Below are positions 17,115 to 24,238 of a stretch of DNA of 24,238 bases, piece by piece; the stretch's first letter is position 1, and every line of letters starts with the position of its first letter. The DNA comes from a virus. Its lineage: Duplodnaviria; Caudoviricetes. The stretch lies in IMG/VR virus record IMGVR_UViG_3300017565_000041, positions 1 through 24,238 of that record; one strand, given 5' to 3'. Made by a program: the position numbers and the translations under genes. The notes beneath the pieces are model-generated. The model worked only from the letters and a program-made list of their open reading frames with translations. It was not told the DNA's origin and ran no database searches.

Positions 17115-17158
17115 CAGTTATGTGTTGCAGAGAGCCGGGGCGCAATCCCGGCTTTTTT
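17115..17158 (+). ncRNA. Putative sar/oop-like antisense RNA
   Basis: Promoter above plus terminator AGCCGGG-GCGCAAT-CCCGGCTTTTTT (17133-17158). Confidence 0.6.
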
Positions 17159-17201
17159 GTGCCTGCTAGAAGCCCGAAAGAGGGCCTCTGTCTTTCCACA
17201 A

Positions 17202-17414
17202 TCAGGGAACATCGAGGCCCTTTTTGTGCCCTACCAGCCCCAACACGGGGGCTTTATGTCTTGCTTGTCGCAGTTGCTCCTGGATGGCTAGGGATCGACT
17301 CATTTCCAGGTATTCGTCGGTCGATCTCTCCAGGCTCCAGCCGAGGTCGGCAGCCAGCTGTCGAACCTCAGCCTTCACCTCGATTGGCAGCAATTCGAAG
17401 GTGTTTTCAGGCAT
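17202..17414 (-). CDS. Small hypothetical regulator
   Basis: 70 aa; GGAGG RBS; EVRQLAADLGWSLE. Confidence 0.7.
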   Translation of the reverse strand: MPENTFELLPIEVKAEVRQLAADLGWSLERSTDEYLEMSRSLAIQEQLRQARHKAPVLGLVGHKKGLDVP

Positions 17415-17432
17415 AGGCCCTCCATAGGGGCT

Positions 17433-17642
17433 TCAGGCCGTTTTATCCTGCTCGCCAGCGCCGTTCATTTCTCGGAGCAGATCAGCAGCGCCCAGGCGGC
17501 GGCCGAGGTTGGCCAGTTCGTGCACGTAGGTGGCCAGCTGCATGCCAGCCATACGGGCTTCCATGCGCAGCTTTCGGACCTCTTCAGGCTTCCAGCGCGA
17601 CTTGATTACTTCGCTACGTTTGTTGGCGGGGTCCAGGTGCAT
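17433..17642 (-). CDS. Small putative DNA-binding protein (cII position)
   Basis: 69 aa; AAGGA RBS; ribbon-helix-helix-like pattern; follows cro. Confidence 0.65.
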   Translation of the reverse strand: MHLDPANKRSEVIKSRWKPEEVRKLRMEARMAGMQLATYVHELANLGRRLGAADLLREMNGAGEQDKTA

Positions 17643-17671
17643 TCAGGGATTTCCTTGTGATTGAAAAGTGG

Positions 17672-17893
17672 TTAAGCGGCAGATTTCTTGAGGCTTTGCT
17701 TGCCGTTCTTGGCCAGCTCAGCGTGCATTTGGTCGATAGCGGTTCCGGCGACATAGCTCGGGTTGCTGATCTGGCCGTTGCGAATACGGAAAACGGTCGA
17801 GACGTCGCACTTGGCGCGTTCAGCAATGGCCTTGTAGGTCATGCCTGAGCCCAGCAGCTCATCCAGTTTTTTCGGAAGATCGGTAGCGCTCAT
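17672..17893 (-). CDS. cro: Cro-like HTH repressor
   Basis: Start MSATDL at 17893 with AAGGAGG RBS; GMTYKAIAERAKCDVSTVFRIRNGQISNPSY; divergent from cI. Confidence 0.88.
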   Translation of the reverse strand: MSATDLPKKLDELLGSGMTYKAIAERAKCDVSTVFRIRNGQISNPSYVAGTAIDQMHAELAKNGKQSLKKSAA

Positions 17894-17918
17894 GGCTGCC
17901 TCCTTTGTAGATATGCAC

Positions 17919-17947
17919 ATCATCATGCACTAGTGCATATCTGTCAA
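17919..17947 (-). promoter_or_regulatory. pR with operator ATGCACTAGTGCAT (17925-17938)
   Basis: TTGACA, 17 nt, GATGAT; perfect 14-bp palindrome in spacer, identical copy at 23657. Confidence 0.85.
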
Positions 17948-17959
17948 CGCTCCGCTGTA

Positions 17960-18001
17960 TTGCTGTATGCACCGCCGGGAGGCAGCATTGCACTCATGCA
18001 T
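17960..18001 (+). promoter_or_regulatory. pRM-like promoter and operator over cI start
   Basis: TTGCTG, 17 nt, CAGCAT; operator variant TTGCACTCATGCAT 17988-18001. Confidence 0.55.
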
Positions 18002-18838
18002 AAATCGATAGATAAAATTCTCGCTCAACTGATGTCTGCAAATGGCATAACTCAGGTTGAGCTGTCGAGCCGGACAAGCGTCGGCCAATCGACCATTTCC
18101 AGGATTCTCAAGCCTCAGGGCCCAAAAGGCATCAAAGAGCCGACTGACAAGCAGGTCAGGCCTTTGGCCGATTTCTTCGGCATCACCACCGACCAGTTAC
18201 GCGGCTATGAGCCCCTGGACGAAGTCGAGCCTCAGGCGGAAGAGCGAGCCACCCTTTCCACTGCCGATATCGTCAAGCAGATGCTGGCGAAGCACGGAAA
18301 AGGTCTTTCAGTCGATGCTCGACAGAAGATCGCTGACGCGATTGAGGAGAAATCTGCCGAGCAGGCAGCATCCAACGTCGCCACAGTTGATTTCTCGCGG
18401 CCTGGTCAAGTTGGTGACGAGGTTTGGATTGCGCACTACGACGTTCGGGCAGCGATGGGTGGCGGACAGATACCCCATGATTACCCAGAAATGCTGCAAG
18501 ACATCCGGGTCAGCCCTCGGCACCTGCGCGAAATGGGCGTGACGTTCAAAGAGCACTATCACCTCAAGATGATCACCGGCTGGGGGCAATCTATGGCGCC
18601 CACGATCAAAGACCGCGACCCGTTGCTGGTCGATATTACGATCCGAGAATTCACCGGTGACGGCATCTACCTCTTCTCTCACGACGAAATGCTGTACGTG
18701 AAACGCTTGCAGAAGAAAGGCCGTGAGCGGTTCAAGATGATTTCTGACAACAAACACCATGACCCTGAGGAGATCCGTGTGGACGACACCCACATCCTGG
18801 CCCGGGTGCTCTACGTATGGAATGGGCAGCCGGTGTAG
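17996..18838 (+). CDS. cI: CI-like repressor (HTH plus S24 peptidase)
   Basis: ITQVELSSRTSVGQSTISRIL HTH; AAMGGG cleavage region; GQSM Ser and YVKRL Lys. Confidence 0.95.
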   Translation: MHKSIDKILAQLMSANGITQVELSSRTSVGQSTISRILKPQGPKGIKEPTDKQVRPLADFFGITTDQLRGYEPLDEVEPQAEERATLSTADIVKQMLAKHGKGLSVDARQKIADAIEEKSAEQAASNVATVDFSRPGQVGDEVWIAHYDVRAAMGGGQIPHDYPEMLQDIRVSPRHLREMGVTFKEHYHLKMITGWGQSMAPTIKDRDPLLVDITIREFTGDGIYLFSHDEMLYVKRLQKKGRERFKMISDNKHHDPEEIRVDDTHILARVLYVWNGQPV

Positions 18839-18840
18839 TC

Positions 18841-19095
18841 ATGCCCCTAACCAAGCCCAACCAAGAACTCCGCCGCGACCTCCAGGGCCTGGCCTCTGAC
18901 CTGAAATGGTCAGCGGTCGAGCTGAAACGGATTGCTGAGCGCATCAGCCTGTCCGGGAATGACCCAGATGCTCAAGCCGTACTGAGGATGTGCCGGTCCT
19001 TTCAGGACGCCGAGGAAAGGCTTGCCGGATATGCAGAGGAAACCCACCTGGGGCTAATTGTCCGGGTAAAGACACCTTGCGAGGTGCCAGAGTGA
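18841..19095 (+). CDS. Hypothetical helical protein (84 aa)
   Basis: MPLTKPNQELRRDLQ...; starts 2 nt after cI stop. Confidence 0.7.
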   Translation: MPLTKPNQELRRDLQGLASDLKWSAVELKRIAERISLSGNDPDAQAVLRMCRSFQDAEERLAGYAEETHLGLIVRVKTPCEVPE

Positions 19096-19347
19096 GGATC
19101 CGCCGGGCTGGGGAGGATCGGTTGGTGAGATATGGGGATGAGGTAAAGGTGGGACGGATTGTCAGAGTAAGGCTTGGACTAGATGATCCGCCCGGATGAG
19201 GCCTGAAGTCAGGCCCGGAGTGGCGCTGCTCTGGAGCACAGATTTAGTATGAATGCAGTGTGCATGCTTCCTAGCGAATATTAAGCCCAAGCGGCCACTC
19301 CAACACTTCCATCACTGCATATAAAAATCTATCAGGGACGCAAGCGC

Positions 19348-21093
19348 ATGGCAGGGGCCAAAAGATCACGTTCAGCACGTGGAACGCAAGTCGAAAAAAT
19401 CGCTATTGCCAAATTCAGGGGATTGCAGGATCTTACCATTCCGCTAGGGGAAAGGATCACCCTATTATGCGGAAAAAACGGCACATCCAAATCTTCAATA
19501 CTAGGAATAGCCGCCCAAGTATTTAGCTTTGAAACGGATTACACAACCGGGGAACCCCTTAACTATACGACGCTTACGGGGAGCAAATTTGAGTCTCGAG
19601 TTTCCGAGCACTTTAGGCTTTCAAAAAAATTCGACCAGCCCGATTCGATGGATACAACAGTAACCATCCATGATGGTTACACCTCATCCCAGGCAGATCT
19701 CAACCTTCGCCTGTACGACTCAAAAGACAGAAATAAGCCACGCCCAATAGTTCGCGGTAATACGCTTGCCGGTGACGAGAAAAACACCAGCAGAAATGCA
19801 ACGCACCCAGTAATTTACCTTAGCCTCAAGCGGCTAACGCCAATCTCCCAGCGCGCCAAATACACTGAGCATGATATTGATTTCTTAAATCAACATCGCA
19901 GATCATTTGTCTCCCTTAGCAATCGACTGCTGAGCAAACAGTCAGCAACGTCTGTCACGGCTACTACTGGCACTATTAAGTCTGCTGCCGCCCACGGAGC
20001 AAATTATGATCATGATTCAGTGTCCGCTGGAGAAGATAATGCCGGTCAGATTTTGCTGGCGATTTACTCTTTCCGCAAGCTTAAGCAGGAGTATCCTAAA
20101 TATCAAGGAGGACTGCTTCTCATAGATGAAGCGGATGCTGGATTATTCCCAGCCGCGCAGAGACAACTAATTAAGATACTCACAGAAGAATGTAAAGACC
20201 TAAACCTTCAGGTCATTATGACTTCGCACTCACCCACCATGATTCAGGACATACACGAACTAAGTGAAAAGTCGCCAGGACAATATCAGAACATATACTT
20301 AAGTGACAGCTATGGCCCTATCAGGATCTTTGAGAATGTGACCTGGCCGCAGATCTATGCCGACCTTCACGTTCAAACTATTGATGTAGACGACAAGCTA
20401 CTACCGCCGGTTAATATTTACTTTGAAGATAAAGAGGCTTACGACCTATATACAGCCATAGTAACCGACCGATCAGTCAGAAAACTATCAAACCCCCTCA
20501 AAGACATTGCATTAGGTTGCAGCGAATACATAAAACTTGTTAAGCGTAAGGTCCCGGAATTCCACTCGAAAAGCCTTATTGTTCTCGATGGAGATGTCGA
20601 CGCCAGCGAGACAAGGGGCATGGATAGCATCGTAAAATTACCGGGCTTACTTCCACCTGATCAGATGATTTTTGAGTTCCTCTACAACCTTGAAGCAGCT
20701 GATGTGTTTTGGAAAAATAGCCGCGGATTCTCTAAGCCAGTTTTTCTCCAGATGGCTCAGAAAATCATCGACACTTTGGAAATTGATCCCGCTGACGGCA
20801 AGATTGATATGCATTCCCTTGTTGATCAACACAAGGCCAGGTCCTCGCCTGACGATCAGAGGCTGAGAAGTCATTTCAAGAATTTTGCTAAAGAAAGAGA
20901 TTTTCTATCCATGGTTGCAGGCCGAGTCACAGAAAATCCATATAGAGTCTGGGCCAAGCGTAATTATGAGCTCTCTGCAAAATTCAAGGAAGATGTCCGC
21001 AAAAAGCTCAAGTCAACGCTGATTGATGGGCACGGTATTGATTCGGCCATGCTGGCCATATTGGATCCCTCCCCCGATCTCAAAAACGCTTGA
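19348..21093 (+). CDS. ABC-type ATPase (AAA_15/AAA_21-like) with C-terminal TOPRIM-like domain, OLD-like
   Basis: Walker A GKNGTSKSS, signature VSAGE, Walker B LLLIDEADAGLFP, H-loop IMTSHS; IYFEDKEA and VLDGD; AT-richer than flanks. Confidence 0.85.
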   Translation: MAGAKRSRSARGTQVEKIAIAKFRGLQDLTIPLGERITLLCGKNGTSKSSILGIAAQVFSFETDYTTGEPLNYTTLTGSKFESRVSEHFRLSKKFDQPDSMDTTVTIHDGYTSSQADLNLRLYDSKDRNKPRPIVRGNTLAGDEKNTSRNATHPVIYLSLKRLTPISQRAKYTEHDIDFLNQHRRSFVSLSNRLLSKQSATSVTATTGTIKSAAAHGANYDHDSVSAGEDNAGQILLAIYSFRKLKQEYPKYQGGLLLIDEADAGLFPAAQRQLIKILTEECKDLNLQVIMTSHSPTMIQDIHELSEKSPGQYQNIYLSDSYGPIRIFENVTWPQIYADLHVQTIDVDDKLLPPVNIYFEDKEAYDLYTAIVTDRSVRKLSNPLKDIALGCSEYIKLVKRKVPEFHSKSLIVLDGDVDASETRGMDSIVKLPGLLPPDQMIFEFLYNLEAADVFWKNSRGFSKPVFLQMAQKIIDTLEIDPADGKIDMHSLVDQHKARSSPDDQRLRSHFKNFAKERDFLSMVAGRVTENPYRVWAKRNYELSAKFKEDVRKKLKSTLIDGHGIDSAMLAILDPSPDLKNA

Positions 21094-21099
21094 TCAGGC

Positions 21100-21165
21100 G
21101 TGCGCGAGGGAGGCTGGCCAAGTATACTGCCGGCCGCTAGACTGAGGCTGGCCAGCCTCCAAGGA
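21100..21165 (+). promoter_or_regulatory. Candidate MTase promoter with repeats
   Basis: GTGCGC, 17 nt, TATACT; GAGGCTGGCCA twice; 16-bp palindrome 21144-21159; AAGGA RBS. Confidence 0.5.
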
Positions 21166-21174
21166 TGAGTTTTT

Positions 21175-22053
21175 ATGTACTCCAACAAGCTTTATAGCCC
21201 GCTTCGCTACCCCGGCGGCAAGGCGCGTTTCGCGCCGTTCATCGCTGAGGTCATGCGCGCCAACGGCTTGGGCGGTGGCCACTATCTAGAACCCTTTGCA
21301 GGCGGGGCTGGTGTAGCTCTGGAGCTTCTATTTGACGGGCATGCTAGCCACGTCCATATCAATGATCTGGATCCAGCTGTGCATGCTTTTTGGTCTGCGG
21401 TGACTTCCGATTCGGAAGGCTTGCTACGCCTTCTTCACGACACTCCTATCACGATGGATGAGTGGCATCGGCTGCGTCAGGTGATGCTGGATCAAGATCC
21501 AAGCTTGTCGATCACGGAGAGAGGTTTCGCCACCCTCTTTGTCAATCGAACCAATCGCTCTGGCATCCTCAAAGGCGGAGTCATCGGGGGTAAGGCCCAA
21601 ACTGGGACCTACAAGCTAGACGCTCGTTTCAACAAGGACATGATCGCAGCCAGACTTGATCGTATTGCACAGCATGCGCACAACATCACTGTGCATCGGG
21701 AGGATGCGTACAGTCTTCTCACTCGGGCAGCAGAGTTGCTTCCAGATCGCTCACTGATCTACCTAGATCCCCCGTACTATGTGAAGGGACGCGATCTGTA
21801 CCGAAACTTCTACAAGCATGACGACCATTTGCAGATTTCCCAGCTGCTCCAGTCACCAGAGTTCATGAGACAATGGGTTGTGTCGTATGACAGCGCCCCC
21901 GAGATTTGCGAGATGTATAGCGGTTCAGAAGCTCTGAAGTACGGCCTCCACTACACCGCCCAAGCCCGGTATGTTGGTGATGAAGTGATGTTCTTCAAGG
22001 ATGGTCTTAAAGTGCCTGATGCCGAAATCCCAAAGGCGGCAGCCGGATGCTGA
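21175..22053 (+). CDS. D12-class (Dam-like fold) DNA amino-methyltransferase
   Basis: SPLRYPGGK, EPFAGGAG, INDLD, YLDPPYY, WVVSYD. Confidence 0.93.
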   Translation: MYSNKLYSPLRYPGGKARFAPFIAEVMRANGLGGGHYLEPFAGGAGVALELLFDGHASHVHINDLDPAVHAFWSAVTSDSEGLLRLLHDTPITMDEWHRLRQVMLDQDPSLSITERGFATLFVNRTNRSGILKGGVIGGKAQTGTYKLDARFNKDMIAARLDRIAQHAHNITVHREDAYSLLTRAAELLPDRSLIYLDPPYYVKGRDLYRNFYKHDDHLQISQLLQSPEFMRQWVVSYDSAPEICEMYSGSEALKYGLHYTAQARYVGDEVMFFKDGLKVPDAEIPKAAAGC

Positions 22054-22073
22054 CCTAGGGCATGCCTCAAATC

Positions 22074-22095
22074 AGCCCGCCTCGGCGGGCTTTTT
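22074..22095 (+). terminator. Intrinsic terminator after MTase
   Basis: AGCCCGC-CTCG-GCGGGCT-TTTT. Confidence 0.85.
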
Positions 22096-22160
22096 CATGC
22101 CTTCACGCTTTTTTGACGACCTACCCTGCACAGTGATGGCTCATCCGATTCCCTACGTTC

Positions 22161-22188
22161 GCCCGCATAGCAGTGCGGGCTTTTCTTT
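22161..22188 (+). terminator. Second intrinsic terminator
   Basis: GCCCGCA-TAGCAG-TGCGGGC-TTTTCTTT. Confidence 0.75.
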
Positions 22189-22244
22189 GCCTGCGTGATG
22201 GCGGATGGCCAGAGTGGTAGGATTGAGTTTTCTCAGGAAGAGCA

Positions 22245-22673
22245 ATGATGCGTAAGGTCCTGCAGGCGACTCTGTCAATTACCCTCCTCTGGTCAAGCGT
22301 GGCTTCCGCCGAGCCGACGTACATTGAAAAAATGGCCGGCCTTCCGGCCATCTGCAGCATTGATGCGATTGAGCAGCAGACCAAGGTTTGGGATGCTGAA
22401 AGGAAGCATGGCGAGGGCAGTAAGGGCTGGTCTGATGCCTTTCATCAGCGGCTAAGCGTAGTGCGCACGTGTGTCGATGACGCTAAAGAGAAGGGAAAAG
22501 CCTTGTACAGGGCAGAGGTCGATCTTCGTCCATCCCTGAAAAGAGAACTGGCTGACATGTACGTATCATGGCTCGGCTACCTGGACCACCTTATTGAAGA
22601 CGATCGTGATCTCTACGAACGCCAGTATGAGCTTTCAGCGAACCAGCTGAAGGCGCAGATCGATTCCTTGTAG
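22245..22673 (+). CDS. Exported hypothetical protein
   Basis: Signal peptide MMRKVLQATLSITLLWSSVASA; two Cys; AGGA RBS. Confidence 0.8.
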   Translation: MMRKVLQATLSITLLWSSVASAEPTYIEKMAGLPAICSIDAIEQQTKVWDAERKHGEGSKGWSDAFHQRLSVVRTCVDDAKEKGKALYRAEVDLRPSLKRELADMYVSWLGYLDHLIEDDRDLYERQYELSANQLKAQIDSL

Positions 22674-22691
22674 CCCTAAAAGCCACCGATG

Positions 22692-22715
22692 AGCCCGCCT
22701 AGTGCGGGCTTTTTT
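22692..22715 (+). terminator. Intrinsic terminator between convergent genes
   Basis: AGCCCGC-CTAGT-GCGGGCT-TTTTT. Confidence 0.8.
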
Positions 22716-22722
22716 GTGGGCA

Positions 22723-23550
22723 TCAAGCCTTACCGCCGTAGCGCTCCCAAGCCAAGATCATATCTTTCATGGCGCGCTTTTGAGAGTCCGGCAGAATAAA
22801 GTCGTTGTAATACTGCTTCCCGTCGAACCTGATGGTCACCTTTTTGGCATCTGCAATTTTTCTAAGCATGGCCTTGTTCTCGGCAACGGTGTCCGACCAC
22901 TCCCAAATTCCGCCGTAACCGTTATCCCGCTCGAAGTCGAGGCTGCCAAGCTGGAATGTCTGGTCATCAGCTTTGATCGTTACGCTCTGGACGAATAGCC
23001 AGCTATCAGAATGGTATTGGAGTTTCAGCCTCAGCGGCATAACCCGAGAGTTCTCGCCCTCCAATCCGAAATACAGGGACATATAGGTGTCGAGCGTAGG
23101 GATGGACTTGTGGGAAACCCAGGTTACCCCTTTGATCTCATCGGTATTTTTCTTCAGATTCTTATCTAGCTTAGCTAGGGCGGCCCTCGCCTCTTCCGCT
23201 TTCTTTGCTTCGGCTGCCAGCCTTTCAGCTTCCGCAGCCTTTTCTTCGCGATCAATGACATCAAGCAGAGCTTTTGCCGAAGCCGCTTCTGGCTTCTCCG
23301 GATAACGAGCGATCAGGTCTTGCAGTTCTGATTTTGCAGAAGCGTTATTTCCTGCCCCCTTGGCGTCCTTCGCTCGCGCCAGCAGCCTTTGAGCCCCATG
23401 TTTTTCAGCATCCAGCTCCGCCCTGAGCGTGGCGACCTCGGACTGCAGCTTGCTCACCTCTCCTTGAAGCTGTTCAGCCTTCTCCCTGTCGGCATTCCCG
23501 CATCCCGCAAGCGCCAACCCAACAGCCAATGTAACAACCGCCCTCTTCAT
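22723..23550 (-). CDS. Lipoprotein with coiled coil and TPR-like segment
   Basis: ATG 23550 with AAGGAG RBS; lipobox LALAGC; LQDLIARYPEKPEAASAKALL; beta-rich C-terminal domain. Confidence 0.85.
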   Translation of the reverse strand: MKRAVVTLAVGLALAGCGNADREKAEQLQGEVSKLQSEVATLRAELDAEKHGAQRLLARAKDAKGAGNNASAKSELQDLIARYPEKPEAASAKALLDVIDREEKAAEAERLAAEAKKAEEARAALAKLDKNLKKNTDEIKGVTWVSHKSIPTLDTYMSLYFGLEGENSRVMPLRLKLQYHSDSWLFVQSVTIKADDQTFQLGSLDFERDNGYGGIWEWSDTVAENKAMLRKIADAKKVTIRFDGKQYYNDFILPDSQKRAMKDMILAWERYGGKA

Positions 23551-23656
23551 CGCCAAAAGCTCCTTGTGTGGTTGTGTGACTCTATCAAAACGCCATCACC
23601 CACACGACATCTCGCCATGGGCTTGTGCAGATTTTTTGTGGGCGCGAGAAAATTTT

Positions 23657-23698
23657 ATGCACTAGTGCATTGACACCTAAATTGCACTGGTGCATATT
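23657..23698 (+). promoter_or_regulatory. pL with two operators
   Basis: ATGCACTAGTGCAT 23657-23670, TTGCACTGGTGCAT 23682-23695; TTGACA 23670-23675, 17 nt, CATATT. Confidence 0.9.
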
Positions 23699-23746
23699 TT
23701 ACCCATCGAGGCGCTACACAGCCCCTCGGGAGGCCCTCAAGCCGAC

Positions 23747-23758
23747 CGCTCTTTAACA
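23747..23758 (+). promoter_or_regulatory. boxA antitermination element
   Basis: CGCTCTTTAACA consensus about 45 nt after pL start. Confidence 0.85.
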
Positions 23759-24046
23759 GCCAGCGCCATGCCCGACTACCCGGCCCAGCCGGTTAGGTCA
23801 CTCCCGGCTCCATCGGTGGGAGGTCAGTAAACCGATGAACAAAACCGCACTTGCCTCTACCGGCGACCGGCGATCCGACAGGCCCGAAAGCCTGCCCACG
23901 CGCAGCCCACTGCGACGGCGGACGAGGTGTTGACCGAACTGAGTGAATGACCTGGTAAGCGGGTGCGGAGAAACACCGATTTCACTGGCTGGCCTTGGCG
24001 ACAGGGCCAGACGGGAAATCAACCGAATGCACGGAGCAGCAACTAG

Positions 24047-24238
24047 ATGAGCCAGCAAACCCTGCAAGAGCTTCTCGCAGAACGCGTCACCGTCTATGCA
24101 CAGTCCGATCGCCCGCGCGAGCTGATCGACGAAGGTATCGACAAGCTGTTCAAGGAGGTCGTGAGCGATGCGTTCCGCTCCTACGGCGACTTCGGCGGCG
24201 CGATCAAGGAGGCAATCAAAGCCGCGCTGCCGGCAAAC
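24047..24238 (+). CDS. First pL-operon protein, hypothetical (runs off window)
   Basis: GGAG RBS; MSQQTLQELLAERVTVYAQSDRPRELIDEGIDKLFKEVVSDAFRSYGDFGG open to end. Confidence 0.75.
   Translation, partial: MSQQTLQELLAERVTVYAQSDRPRELIDEGIDKLFKEVVSDAFRSYGDFGGAIKEAIKAALPAN

Noticed and set aside
2597-17995. Extended ORF-track starts (2662, 3394, 4249, 12364, 14707, 14808, 17199, 17926, 17933)
   Set aside because: Overlap neighbours or regulatory DNA; internal starts have better RBS or coupling
19253-19265. ATGCAGTGTGCAT resembling the CI operator upstream of the ATPase
   Set aside because: One base shorter than the 14-bp operators; may be chance
19348-21093. Calling the ATPase Gabija, PARIS, Septu or retron effector
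   Set aside because: No UvrD helicase, separate AriB, HNH or reverse transcriptase partner nearby
21175-22053. Assigning dam and GATC specificity
   Set aside because: Fold class is shared but specificity cannot be read from the motifs
22074-22715. Three GCCCGC/GCGGGC hairpins as a REP family or CRISPR array
   Set aside because: Irregular spacing, all followed by T runs; ordinary terminators; no cas genes

Overview
GC-rich lambdoid siphovirus prophage segment, most likely from a Pseudomonas host (inferred from protein families and composition). Minus strand, right to left: cro, two small regulators, Rha/KilAC antirepressor, replication O/P with an internal iteron origin, nin-type cluster (ninB, ninG), Q-like antiterminator, late promoter, structured leader with tRNA-Gly(UCC), holin-like pair, Ntn-hydrolase, terminases, portal, scaffold, capsid, head-tail and tail genes. 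Plus strand: cI, an accessory block at the lambda rex position, and pL with boxA. Main observations: (1) an AT-richer ABC-ATPase/TOPRIM-like gene paired with a D12-class DNA methyltransferase, with clustered TGGCCA sites between them, a candidate antiphage system; (2) an out-of-frame portal/scaffold junction near 6405 that looks like a deletion disabling head assembly; (3) several candidate regulatory RNAs; (4) a protein carrying tail-tip (J/DUF1983) motifs in scrambled order. All product calls come from motif recognition and synteny, not database searches.
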